64,000 nt of DNA from the IMG/VR virus record IMGVR_UViG_3300044568_006268, positions 62,001 through 126,000 of that record; one strand, written 5' to 3'. Within the stretch, counting starts at the first letter, position 1. Each line of letters begins with the position of its first letter. The DNA comes from an uncultured virus (IMG/VR IMGVR_UViG_3300044568_006268). Lineage: Duplodnaviria; Heunggongvirae; Uroviricota; Caudoviricetes. Both the position numbers and the translations under genes were made by a program. A model generated the notes under the pieces. That model did not search any database and had not been told where the DNA came from. It saw nothing but the letters and a program-made list of their open reading frames with translations. This document shows positions 7,360 through 16,425 of this stretch, one piece after another.

Positions 7360-7433
7360 TAGCGAGGACCGGGATCGAACCGGCGACCTTTGGTTTATGA
7401 ATCCAATGTTACTACCAACTGAACTACCTCGCC
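7360..7433 (-). tRNA. tRNA-Met(CAT), elongator
   Basis: loop TT-CAT-AA. Confidence 0.85.
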
Positions 7434-7472
7434 AAATTGTAAGTTTTGAATGGACTTACAACCATTGATAGA

Positions 7473-7703
7473 TTATTGGTGATGAGGAATATACTTTCCG
7501 TTCTTAACTCTAACTGCCAGTTTGGTCACGTTAAAATTCCAACAATCAAATGTACTTAATGCAGATCTTTGTTTTGCAAGACTAATGGCTTGCTTTTCTG
7601 CTTTTTCTCGACCTTCTTCCGTTGTTTCGACGAAAAAAGTGGGAGCCTGAACACCAGTCTTACTGGTAGGAACTACTCTCCAAATTCTCAAATTAGTAAT
7701 CAT
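7473..7703 (-). CDS. hypothetical protein
   Basis: 76 aa ORF. Confidence 0.6.
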   Translation of the reverse strand: MITNLRIWRVVPTSKTGVQAPTFFVETTEEGREKAEKQAISLAKQRSALSTFDCWNFNVTKLAVRVKNGKYIPHHQ

Positions 7704-7783
7704 AAGTTTTAGCTAAGCTAGACCTATGAGGAATTGTACGATTTTGTTGACATTTGATTTATATTTTTTTATTATATGTTCGA

Positions 7784-8230
7784 TTAAGCCAGAGATTCAA
7801 TAACCTCTTTTACTAATTTTGTATCGGCAAGACCTGGAAATTTCTTAACGAAAGCACCCATAGTCATACCTATTAATTTTTGTTTGTTTAATTCTAAAAC
7901 AGAACCGAGTAAAACATTAACTTCAGTTTCAATTTCAGCTCTAGTCATTTGCTTTGGCAAGTACTTTTCAATAACACCTAATTCATTAGCTTCAGATTCC
8001 ACTAAATCGAATCGACCAGCTTTTGTAAATTCTTCAATAGATTGTCTACGTTGTTTGATTGTAGAAATTACTGCATTTAGAACTAACTCATCAGTAAGTG
8101 GACCAGCATGCTTTGCCTTTTCAGCATCTTGGATTTTTGCCTTTAATCCACTTAATGCATTCTTCGCAATCGCGTTTTTCTCTTTGAATGCTACTATATA
8201 GTCAGCATTGATTGTTTCTCTTAAATTCAT
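7784..8230 (-). CDS. GatB/YqeY domain protein
   Basis: KQRRQSIEEF..AGR.DL...E..EL..IEKYLPKQM signature. Confidence 0.9.
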   Translation of the reverse strand: MNLRETINADYIVAFKEKNAIAKNALSGLKAKIQDAEKAKHAGPLTDELVLNAVISTIKQRRQSIEEFTKAGRFDLVESEANELGVIEKYLPKQMTRAEIETEVNVLLGSVLELNKQKLIGMTMGAFVKKFPGLADTKLVKEVIESLA

Positions 8231-8246
8231 CTTTACTAATTTTTAG

Positions 8247-8327
8247 TGGGCAACAGTGGACTCGAACCACTCCCGTGAGGACCAGATTTACAGTCTGGCT
8301 GCCGTATCCGAACGACTTTTGCGGCCC
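8247..8327 (-). tRNA. tRNA-Tyr(GTA)
   Basis: CCAGA-CTGTAAA-TCTGG. Confidence 0.85.
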
Positions 8328-8336
8328 ATTATATTG

Positions 8337-8410
8337 TGACTCCTCTGGGACTCGAACCCAGGACTCCCTCATTAAAAGTGAGGTGCTCTAGCCGACTGAG
8401 CTAAGAAGTC
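8337..8410 (-). tRNA. tRNA-Lys(TTT)
   Basis: CCTCA-CTTTTAA-TGAGG. Confidence 0.9.
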
Positions 8411-8420
8411 ATTGTAATAG

Positions 8421-8494
8421 CAGTCCTAACGGAATTCGAATCCGCAATCTCTTCCGTGACAGGGAAGCGTCATACGCCAATATGCTGTAGGACT
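8421..8494 (-). tRNA. tRNA-Asp(GTC)
   Basis: CTTCC-CTGTCAC-GGAAG. Confidence 0.85.
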
Positions 8495-8581
8495 ATATAA
8501 AAATTATTTAGTTTAAGCTCCTTTAAACCATGTAATTTCAGGGAGCTATTTGAGCTTATGCATGGAACTAAATAATAATTG

Positions 8582-8655
8582 CCGAGATGACGGGACTCGA
8601 ACCCGTGACCTTCGCCGTGACAGGGCGACATTGTAACCAACTCTACTACACCTCG
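8582..8655 (-). tRNA. tRNA-Asp(GTC)
   Basis: TCGCC-CTGTCAC-GGCGA. Confidence 0.9.
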
Positions 8656-8710
8656 ATTTCTAATTTCACGCTCACACTATGCAGTTCTATAAATTAGTAA
8701 CAGTCTCATC

Positions 8711-8788
8711 TGGGCTCTCCTGACTGGATTCGAACCAGTAACCCTCACCTTAACAGGGTGTCGCTCTAACCGTTGGAGCTACAGGAGA
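8711..8788 (-). tRNA. tRNA-Asn(GTT)
   Basis: CACC-CTGTTAA-GGTG. Confidence 0.9.
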
Positions 8789-8873
8789 ATATTTGATGTT
8801 TTAATTATAAGACAAATATAAACAATGTCATTGACATATGAAAATATTTAATCAAATAGTTATTAACAATTTG

Positions 8874-8945
8874 TGGAGCTACCGGGATTCGAACCCGGAA
8901 TAACAGAGTGCAAGTCTATCGTGATGCCAATTTCACTATAGCCCC
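8874..8945 (-). tRNA. tRNA-Ala(TGC)
   Basis: loop CT-TGC-AC, G3:U70. Confidence 0.9.
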
Positions 8946-8955
8946 ATTAAATTTG

Positions 8956-9030
8956 TAGGAGATGACGGAATCGAACCGACGACCTTTTGCGTGTAAAACA
9001 AACGCTCTAAACCAACTGAGCTAATCTCCT
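8956..9030 (-). tRNA. tRNA-Val(TAC)
   Basis: TTTGT-TTTACAC-GCAAA. Confidence 0.9.
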
Positions 9031-9036
9031 AAATTG

Positions 9037-9110
9037 TAGGTAATATGAGACTCGAACTCATAACCTCCTCGGTATCAGCGAGGTGCTCTAACCAATTGAG
9101 CTAACTACCT
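9037..9110 (-). tRNA. tRNA-Ile(GAT)
   Basis: CCTCG-CTGATAC-CGAGG. Confidence 0.9.
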
Positions 9111-9117
9111 GTGGCAG

Positions 9118-9188
9118 CACGAATGGAAGGATTCGAACCTTCATCGACGGTTTTGGAGACCGGCATGCTACCATTGCACCACACTCGT
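9118..9188 (-). tRNA. tRNA-Trp(CCA)
   Basis: CGGT-CTCCAAA-ACCG. Confidence 0.9.
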
Positions 9189-9195
9189 ATTTTAG

Positions 9196-9268
9196 TGGTA
9201 AGGGACGGGATCGAACCGTCATCATCGGATTTTCAGTCCGCTGCATAGACCAACTTTGCTACCTCACC
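9196..9268 (-). tRNA. tRNA-Phe(GAA)
   Basis: CGGA-CTGAAAA-TCCG. Confidence 0.9.
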
Positions 9269-9274
9269 AAAAAC

Positions 9275-9308
9275 AAAAAACCTCTGAATTTTTGAAGATT
9301 CAGAGGTT
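9275..9308 (-). terminator. attenuator terminator A
   Basis: AACCTCTGAAT-loop-ATTCAGAGGTTTTTTG between leader A and tRNA-Phe. Confidence 0.85.
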
Positions 9309-9335
9309 AAAGTATATTGTATTAAAATATCGATA

Positions 9336-9434
9336 CTACATCCGAATCACATTGCTATCCACATAATCATTCCCGGCAAACTTAATCGCCCAGTCAAAAT
9401 TCATGTTAATATTTATGTTAGTAGTAGGTATCAT
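9336..9434 (-). CDS. leader peptide A, MIPTTNININMNFDWAIKFAGNDYVDSNVIRM
   Basis: Manual translation; codons 6-26 use only, and all of, the 11 amino acids of the downstream tRNA block. Confidence 0.85.
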   Translation of the reverse strand: MIPTTNININMNFDWAIKFAGNDYVDSNVIRM

Positions 9435-9469
9435 TTTATTGATGTTTTAATATTGTTTTATATATACTG

Positions 9470-9497
9470 TTATATGTTCTAAATTTCAAAAAGTTTC
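9470..9497 (-). promoter_or_regulatory. GAAACT-N15-CATATAA promoter, block A
   Basis: Repeated bipartite motif; ACATATAACAGTATATA identical to block C. Confidence 0.7.
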
Positions 9498-9526
9498 AAC
9501 TTATTTTTATATTATTTTAATCTTAG

Positions 9527-10090
9527 TTAGTCCCACCAAGAATCATATTCTTTAGCGAAGATTTCCATTGCTAAAGCAAAGTCTTTACTTCTATTCAAAT
9601 GAGCAATTTTCATACCCATTATGTATTCTTTGTTCTTTTTTCTCAGCTGAGCAGGTGTATATCGCTCATCATTCCTATCCATCAATCTGTGGCAATCTGG
9701 ACGATCTTCGCAAGGAATAGTATAGTAATCTGACTTACCCCATTTAGCGTCATGCTTTTCTCTATATGGCTCGTCGTAGTTATCTTCATGCACTTTCGTT
9801 AATAACTCTAAACATTCAGTCATCGTTCGAATTTGCTTTTCGCGATTCTCATCGACTGTATGGCCATGGTCTTTAACGTATTTGATATGAGCTTTCAACT
9901 TAAAAAGAATTGGTTCCATAATGTAATGGTTATCCCAATCTCTATCTCGCCATACAATAGGCATCCATCGAATTATATTCTTAATTCCTCTCACAAAATC
10001 CTTGGAAGGAATCTTGACGTATTCCTTCCAATAAAATTTTGCATTGTCTACCGCTTCTTCAACGTAGAACTTAATTCGTTCGTTTATCAT
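9527..10090 (-). CDS. hypothetical phage protein
   Basis: 187 aa ORF, WRDRDWD and C-terminal WWD. Confidence 0.75.
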   Translation of the reverse strand: MINERIKFYVEEAVDNAKFYWKEYVKIPSKDFVRGIKNIIRWMPIVWRDRDWDNHYIMEPILFKLKAHIKYVKDHGHTVDENREKQIRTMTECLELLTKVHEDNYDEPYREKHDAKWGKSDYYTIPCEDRPDCHRLMDRNDERYTPAQLRKKNKEYIMGMKIAHLNRSKDFALAMEIFAKEYDSWWD

Positions 10091-10104
10091 ATTGATGTTA
10101 TTGA

Positions 10105-11421
10105 TTAACCTTCAGCTTCTTCGGTATCAATTACTCCAGAATCTTTTACGATTCCTTCAAGTACTTTGAATTCGAAAGACTTGAATTTGAATGTTTTGTT
10201 TACCAAACCACCTTCAATTCTTACACAAACTCCTTCTTTGATATGTCTAGTATCTAAGATAGATGGACCAGTTCCGAATGTTTCGACGGTGTTGCTGAAA
10301 TATTCTCGCAAATCTCTATCATCGAATTTATGAGTGATTGCTTCTAATTCGTTTAAGGTTATCGTAGCAACATGTGGTACAGTTTTTACACCTAATTCAT
10401 TACAACGTTTTACAACATCATTCCAAGCATAATCGATAGATTGACCATCTTCATTAGCAAATGTCATACGGTAAACATAAACCTCAGATTGAGTAGGTTC
10501 ACAACCATAAGAATAAGCCATAGACTTACCGTATTGTTTCGTAAACTCTTTATCACCCATTTTGGTTGTATCAACAGATGGCATAATTGCAGCTCCTGTA
10601 GATTCGTAACCTACAATTTCAAAATAAACGGTTTCACCTTTTCTTAAGTTACCTTTGAATAAGTTCATTGCTTTATCTCGGATGGTTGGGTCATGGAATT
10701 GATTTGCGGATTTTGATTCTCCTAAAACAACTCTACGAGTACCATTCAAATAAGCCCATTCTTTGTCGTTGATAGCTAATCCAAATTTAGTAACAAGTTT
10801 TTCTAACCAACCTAATTCTCTAGTCATTTGAACGTGACCAATACGACCTGAAGTACCGTGAAGTTTTTCAGTAATAATGATGTGTTGACCCTTTTCAAAT
10901 TCGTGGATACTCTTACCAAAGTGTCCGGTATCAAAATGTTCTTTGAACATTACAGAAGATCTAGAAACTCGGGTTTTCTTACCTTGATTTTCTCTAGCAA
11001 TTTTAGCCGTATTTGGATTTACATATTTGTTACAGATAGGTACACCTTTCCATTCGTCAAATTCAAATCCTTCTACATCTAAACCAGTTACCATAATGAA
11101 TCCAAAGTAATGTAATGGAACCCAGAAACCATCAGAGATTTCACCTCTAAATTTTTGAGCTCTTACTCTTCGGTTTGCATCGAACATTCCACCTTTCTCA
11201 TCTTTTCTAGCATTTAACTCGGCATCACGATAAAGGTTGTTTGCTTTACAGAACTCATCGGATAACTGACCATCAGATGGAAAGTAAACTCCTAAATGTC
11301 CTTCTAAAGAATCTAAACCAATTACTACTTGATTACCGTGACAAGTTGCTAATTGAACTTTGTCTGCGTTAGGATGTGGTCTCACGTTTGTCAACCTAGT
11401 GACGATTGCATTGTATGCCAT
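10105..11421 (-). CDS. RNA ligase, DRB0094/Rnl2-like, with N-terminal tRNA-binding OB fold
   Basis: HPNADK N-domain; TEKLHGTS motif I; EGVCVR motif IV; FKFKS motif V. Confidence 0.85.
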   Translation of the reverse strand: MAYNAIVTRLTNVRPHPNADKVQLATCHGNQVVIGLDSLEGHLGVYFPSDGQLSDEFCKANNLYRDAELNARKDEKGGMFDANRRVRAQKFRGEISDGFWVPLHYFGFIMVTGLDVEGFEFDEWKGVPICNKYVNPNTAKIARENQGKKTRVSRSSVMFKEHFDTGHFGKSIHEFEKGQHIIITEKLHGTSGRIGHVQMTRELGWLEKLVTKFGLAINDKEWAYLNGTRRVVLGESKSANQFHDPTIRDKAMNLFKGNLRKGETVYFEIVGYESTGAAIMPSVDTTKMGDKEFTKQYGKSMAYSYGCEPTQSEVYVYRMTFANEDGQSIDYAWNDVVKRCNELGVKTVPHVATITLNELEAITHKFDDRDLREYFSNTVETFGTGPSILDTRHIKEGVCVRIEGGLVNKTFKFKSFEFKVLEGIVKDSGVIDTEEAEG

Positions 11422-11507
11422 GATTTCGTATTTTTAATTTATAAGACAAATATAATCAATGTCTTCGACACTTGAAAATAATTTCTCATTAAGTTATTAA
11501 CAATTAG

Positions 11508-11618
11508 TAGTCAGAACAGGATTCGAACCTGTATGGTGTTACCTAGAGTACTCAATACAGAGCGGTAAATCGGTTACGAACCATTACTCTTAGCGTCTTC
11601 CAATTCCGCCACCTGACT
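11508..11618 (-). ncRNA. isolated tRNA-like RNA with expanded, anticodon-less arm
   Basis: AGTCAGG/TCTGACT acceptor, TGGCGGAATTGGAAGACGC D-arm, ACAGGTTCGAATCCTGT T-arm. Confidence 0.7.
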
Positions 11619-11634
11619 CGATAGAACTAGCCTA

Positions 11635-11985
11635 TCATGATTGTGTAGATTTAATGTACACAATTATTCCAATGATTGAAAGAAAGCACAATGCTAATAC
11701 TGTTATTGCAGGTAAATAATCTTCTTTCTCTCTCCAAATTTTGTAATTATATCGAGGTTCGTTCTGCTTCCACGAATGGTCTTCAGACTTCTCAGACTTA
11801 ACATATTTTTTGTTTAGTTTTTTTAGGGATTTCCTAATTTCCTTTTTACATGGTTCAGCACCACAACAATAAAAAAATGATATATCTGTTTCGCTTATCA
11901 GCTTAGTAGTAGCTTCTTCCTCGCAACAATAACAATAATTTGGTTTCATATTAATACTCTTTAATGAGTACGGTACCATCTCCAT
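11635..11985 (-). CDS. Cys-rich protein with C-terminal TM (likely start about 11949)
   Basis: CxCC...CC..xxC and a hydrophobic tail. Confidence 0.55.
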   Translation of the reverse strand: MEMVPYSLKSINMKPNYCYCCEEEATTKLISETDISFFYCCGAEPCKKEIRKSLKKLNKKYVKSEKSEDHSWKQNEPRYNYKIWREKEDYLPAITVLALCFLSIIGIIVYIKSTQS

Positions 11986-12817
11986 GCTCTAAACAGTCAA
12001 CGCAAAAGATAGTGTCTTTTACTTCTGGCCATCTACCAGCAGTCGGTTCAGTATCGTATTCAGTTACTTTGTGATGGGGTGTATGTCCGATTACTTGGTC
12101 ATAACCTTCTAATGCATCCCATCTTAATCTTCTCGGTCTAATCCAAACAGGACCTGCAAATTCTGAATATCCACCAGAATCTCCATCTACGTTAAATAAA
12201 ATATTTAAACGATATTGCCAAGCTTTATTGATAATCTCATCCGGCCTAAGATTCCAATCTCCTTCAAAATCTGCTTTGAATCGGAAACCGTCTCTTTTAA
12301 CCGTTGCATGCAATTGGCGTAACCAACCATGAGTTACTCCAGCATGAGTCCATAAAGTTCGCTTTAACCTACCATCGATTTCTCTTTCATGATAATATGC
12401 GAAAGTAAATTTGTCGATGTTTTTAGTAAACAACTCTTGAAAATCAAATTTCATTTCAGGTCGATAACCTGAACAGATTTGATCGGCTACAATATATTGA
12501 ATATCGTGATTTCCTAAAAGCAAGACTATTTTGTCTGGATATTCGGTTTTTAAATGTATGATTTCCTCTAGATTTAATTTCATCTCTAGGTTTTGTACAT
12601 CAAATGAATCTACGTAATCTCCAACGAAAACGATTTTATCCATTTCGTTAAAAATAGGATAGGTGTCTTCAAACGCTTCTTTTGCTCCGTTATCTACTTC
12701 CTGTCTCCAGCTATTATAGTCCGTTAGAGAGCCGAATAACACAGTCTTCCAGGTATTTCTTCCGTGGATATCTCCGATAGACATGATTTTCATTGTAGTT
12801 TTCATTTTATGGTTCAT
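11951..12817 (-). CDS. calcineurin-like metallophosphoesterase
   Basis: GDIHG, GDYVD, GNHD, HAG, GHT motifs. Confidence 0.9.
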   Translation of the reverse strand: MNHKMKTTMKIMSIGDIHGRNTWKTVLFGSLTDYNSWRQEVDNGAKEAFEDTYPIFNEMDKIVFVGDYVDSFDVQNLEMKLNLEEIIHLKTEYPDKIVLLLGNHDIQYIVADQICSGYRPEMKFDFQELFTKNIDKFTFAYYHEREIDGRLKRTLWTHAGVTHGWLRQLHATVKRDGFRFKADFEGDWNLRPDEIINKAWQYRLNILFNVDGDSGGYSEFAGPVWIRPRRLRWDALEGYDQVIGHTPHHKVTEYDTEPTAGRWPEVKDTIFCVDCLEHGDGTVLIKEY

Positions 12818-12890
12818 CTTATTTAGTAAACATCGTTCAAGAGATGAACTCTCGTAGATGCCATTTGTACTATGTTATATGCACCAAATA

Positions 12891-13454
12891 TTAATTAGTA
12901 TCAAAAACTGATTTCAAATTTCTCTTCTTAATTATTTCCTTTAGTCGGTCCACATAAGTATGGTCTTCTGCGTAATTTTGTCTCAGATACTCAAAATACT
13001 CTCCTTCAGTTTTAATATCATAAAGGTAAGTAGAGTAATATAGAGCATAGTCTAATAAAGAGTCTTGCCAATTATCGTAATATGCATGATTGCGATGAGT
13101 TCCTTTAGCTAAGTTTGCTCGTTGTGCAGCTTCACGCATTCCAAACATATTATTATTTTCTTTAAAGATAACTGATTTGTAATGTCCAGTTTCTAAATAT
13201 GTTTGTGCCAATACAATATGTGGATATTTAAAATTCAAAGTTTTGATTTTTGCAATCAAAGCAGTTTCCGTAAATTCGTTGTATTCTCTTATAACAATTA
13301 ACTTTTCTTCTTGTGATAGGTTTTTTACTTCTACCCTTGGTGCAGTTGCAAATCCTATCGTAAACATTATTGCTATAATTGCTAGCAAATACTTAACATA
13401 TTTTAAAATGGATATTTTCTCGAAATCTAAGGTTTCTTTGTTAAATCTATACAT
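12891..13454 (-). CDS. glucosaminidase (GH73-like) with N-terminal TM
   Basis: AQTYLETG, NNMFGM, YAED..Y motifs; start taken at MYRFNK. Confidence 0.8.
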   Translation of the reverse strand: MYRFNKETLDFEKISILKYVKYLLAIIAIMFTIGFATAPRVEVKNLSQEEKLIVIREYNEFTETALIAKIKTLNFKYPHIVLAQTYLETGHYKSVIFKENNNMFGMREAAQRANLAKGTHRNHAYYDNWQDSLLDYALYYSTYLYDIKTEGEYFEYLRQNYAEDHTYVDRLKEIIKKRNLKSVFDTN

Positions 13455-13468
13455 AATTTTTATTTTCG

Positions 13469-14071
13469 TTAATACTCTTTTCGAAGTGCTTGGATTACGT
13501 CCCAAGCATCTTCTAATGCATCATGAGTTACTGCACCAGGAATTCCACCTCGTTCTTTGCATTCGTTCAATGATGGCAATGCATAATCATTTGCCCAATC
13601 TACATAAAGAATAGATGGGTCTAAAATTCTGTTTCTAAACTTAATACATTTCTTAAATGCTGGTAATCTTTCTAGGAACAATTTATCGAAGGTTCCAAAG
13701 TTTTTACCTGCTACGTTAATAGTCAATTGTTCACCATATTCACCGAAACCATTGTCTACTAAGAATTGATGAAGTAAATTTACTGCTTCTGCAGGACTTC
13801 TGAATTCCATACCAGTTTTTTCAATCAACTCACATCTAACATCTTTCTTACTGATTAGGTATTTATTGATGTTTGCAATTAAGTCTTTGTTCATGTTAAT
13901 TGCAAAATGAGAACCTTCAATTCTTTCGTGTAGCAAAGCAACGTGGAATTTAGGAAGCTCCTGATATGGGAGCTTCGTTTTCGTATCTTCTATGATTGCA
14001 CCAATAGAAAGAATTTGGTCGCGTTTAGAATCGATTCCTGTGGTTTCGATGTCGATTGAAACGTATTTCAT
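13469..14071 (-). CDS. DEDDh 3'-5' exonuclease
   Basis: IDIETTG, N.G.FD, HDALEDA. Confidence 0.88.
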   Translation of the reverse strand: MKYVSIDIETTGIDSKRDQILSIGAIIEDTKTKLPYQELPKFHVALLHERIEGSHFAINMNKDLIANINKYLISKKDVRCELIEKTGMEFRSPAEAVNLLHQFLVDNGFGEYGEQLTINVAGKNFGTFDKLFLERLPAFKKCIKFRNRILDPSILYVDWANDYALPSLNECKERGGIPGAVTHDALEDAWDVIQALRKEY

Positions 14072-14346
14072 TATTTACTTTCTTTAAGGATTACCTCACC
14101 GTTACCGGTTAAATTTAAAACTGATCCTTTATCTTGTTTAAAGGTGTAAGTTTCAGCAGAATCTTTTGCTGTCATTTTACGAGTCAAATACCATAGGTCA
14201 GATTCACCTTTCCAAGTAACATTTACTAATTTTTCTCCAGCCGGTAAATCGACTGAATATGTTCCACCAAAAGATTTTGCTCTTTGATTGTCGGTACATG
14301 ATACCATTACTAATGCCAATGCGGCTACTACAAATAATTTTTTCAT
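14071..14346 (-). CDS. lipoprotein
   Basis: Signal peptide ending MVSC. Confidence 0.75.
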   Translation of the reverse strand: MKKLFVVAALALVMVSCTDNQRAKSFGGTYSVDLPAGEKLVNVTWKGESDLWYLTRKMTAKDSAETYTFKQDKGSVLNLTGNGEVILKESK

Positions 14347-14361
14347 AATTTTAGATTTTAG

Positions 14362-14835
14362 TTATTCAACGATTTCGATTGCTGGTTCGTAAGACTCATC
14401 GTCAAAAGTTTCCATAATAGGTTCAGTTGGAAATTCTTCCTCTTCAACTGCAGCTTTTTTACGAGAAGCTTTAAGAACTGGCAAATACATTTTTAGCGGT
14501 TCGTAATCTTTTTCGATTGGTGTAGATTTACCGCCTAAATCTTTCCATTCTACGTATTTTCTATCTAACTTCATTTGTACAAAATGAGCAGAACATTCCC
14601 AGTAGATAGTTTCACCATCTACCTGTTCGGTAACAATCATGTGTTCGTTAGCCGTCATTCCATGAATTTTGAAGGTTCGGTCATTATGAGTAAACTCAGT
14701 TCCTATGTCTTCGACACTTACTAAATATTTAGTAATTAGGTTTTGTGTGAACACATTTAGTTGTTTTTGGTAATGAGCCGCTAACACTGGTGTTACGTTA
14801 GCCTTTTGTCTCATTAATTCTCGTTCTTTAGCCAT
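14362..14835 (-). CDS. hypothetical protein
   Basis: 157 aa ORF, acidic tail. Confidence 0.7.
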   Translation of the reverse strand: MAKERELMRQKANVTPVLAAHYQKQLNVFTQNLITKYLVSVEDIGTEFTHNDRTFKIHGMTANEHMIVTEQVDGETIYWECSAHFVQMKLDRKYVEWKDLGGKSTPIEKDYEPLKMYLPVLKASRKKAAVEEEEFPTEPIMETFDDESYEPAIEIVE

Positions 14836-14864
14836 TTTTTGTTTTAGTTGTTTTTAGTTTATGA

Positions 14865-16010
14865 TTAGTCTTCAATTACTTCTTCGATAAATTGTTCAAC
14901 ATCTGAGTCGAAGTCTTCCTCATCTGGTGTTTTGTCAGTGATACCGAAGATTTTGTTAAACTTAGCTTCTTCAGAAAGTAAGATTTCCTTTTCTTTCTGA
15001 AGACGTTTCTTAATATCATCGTCTCTATCTAGACGTTTTTGGTCGTATTCAACTTCGTTTACGTTATCTAAAGAGAAGTAAATCTTTTCATGTTTAAATC
15101 CTCGACGGTTTTTAGTTACTTTTGCGTATCTATCACCAGAGAATTCAGATGAATATCGAAGTTCAATCATTCCGGTAGTATTGTGTTTTAATTTATTGGA
15201 TCCTACGAAATTACCACCTTTGGTAACTTGTTGAATCGCTAAAAATGAAGTGTATTTGTTTTCGGCATTTTTACCTTTATTGTTTTGGACCATTATATCA
15301 ATCATCCATTTTTCAGCTTGAGTACGATTCATTCCTGAAGAAGCTTGAATAGATTCTTGAACCTCGACGAAGGAGTCGATAAGTATAATATCCCATCCTT
15401 GATTGTAGGTTGATTCTAATACTTCGGCAGCATTATCATCGAGATAATCACAAAGAAATAATGTAGGGATTTTACCGAAAGCTGGATATCGTTGAACATA
15501 ACCAAACATATCGATATCGTTCATTTCGCCTGAGATAAATAAGACCTTTTTAGAAGGGTCGTTTTTCTTGATTTTTGCAAGGATATCAAGAGTTTGAGTA
15601 GATTTACCAATTCCTGGGTCACCTATAATCATGTAGTTTGTAGCAGGATAGATTCCACCTTCAGATGAAAACATATAGTCGATTGAATCGTTAGTTTTCA
15701 TTGGAATAAAGATTGAAGGGTCGTAAGATAAATCAGCAACTTGTACTAAGTTAATTTTTACTGGAGTTTTAATCATAGGATTTACGGTAGAAGTCGAAGT
15801 TTTTCCTTTGAAAGGTACGATGAAATATTCATCTTTTTTATCTGAATTGGATTTTAAAACCCAGTGTTGATTTGAACGATACATTCCTTGGAATGTAAAA
15901 TCAGTGTTTTCGAATTGTTCGCCTATCGTGTATTGATTTGCGAATTTAGAAGCCTGAAAACGTTTTTGGCATTTAATAAGGATTGCGTTTGAAGTTTCGA
16001 TTCTTTCCAT
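14865..16010 (-). CDS. RadA/Sms-like RecA-fold ATPase
   Basis: GDPGIGKST, ISGE, LIDS, QVTKGG.F.G...LKH, KNRRG. Confidence 0.85.
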   Translation of the reverse strand: MERIETSNAILIKCQKRFQASKFANQYTIGEQFENTDFTFQGMYRSNQHWVLKSNSDKKDEYFIVPFKGKTSTSTVNPMIKTPVKINLVQVADLSYDPSIFIPMKTNDSIDYMFSSEGGIYPATNYMIIGDPGIGKSTQTLDILAKIKKNDPSKKVLFISGEMNDIDMFGYVQRYPAFGKIPTLFLCDYLDDNAAEVLESTYNQGWDIILIDSFVEVQESIQASSGMNRTQAEKWMIDIMVQNNKGKNAENKYTSFLAIQQVTKGGNFVGSNKLKHNTTGMIELRYSSEFSGDRYAKVTKNRRGFKHEKIYFSLDNVNEVEYDQKRLDRDDDIKKRLQKEKEILLSEEAKFNKIFGITDKTPDEEDFDSDVEQFIEEVIED

Positions 16011-16102
16011 AAATAGTGTAATTAGATTAATTTGATATACAAATATAACACATATATTTGACAATAAAAAATGTTTTGACTAAAAGTTATTAACAATTTG
16101 AA

Positions 16103-16318
16103 TTAATAAATTTTTGCAAAAACACTATCGTTGACAAATTCCGAATTTTGATTTATCTCTTCGATCTGTTCATCGGTCATAGGCACTCCATCGTAATCAG
16201 CAGACACAATATAAGCGTCGCAGAAATCTGGATAATCTTTAAAGTCGATATTATCTACTACTACGTTACTGATTTTTTTGACGTCGATTTCTTCTTTAGG
16301 ATTTTTTGAATTTTTCAT
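16103..16318 (-). CDS. conserved small phage protein
   Basis: DYPDFCDAYI motif. Confidence 0.7.
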   Translation of the reverse strand: MKNSKNPKEEIDVKKISNVVVDNIDFKDYPDFCDAYIVSADYDGVPMTDEQIEEINQNSEFVNDSVFAKIY

Positions 16319-16425
16319 AATTGTATTGGTTTAAATTGATATACAAATATAAGCAAAAAACTCGACATATGGAAATGTCGAGTCATATAGTTATTAACAA
16401 TAAAATGTATTCAGGCGCTTGTTAA

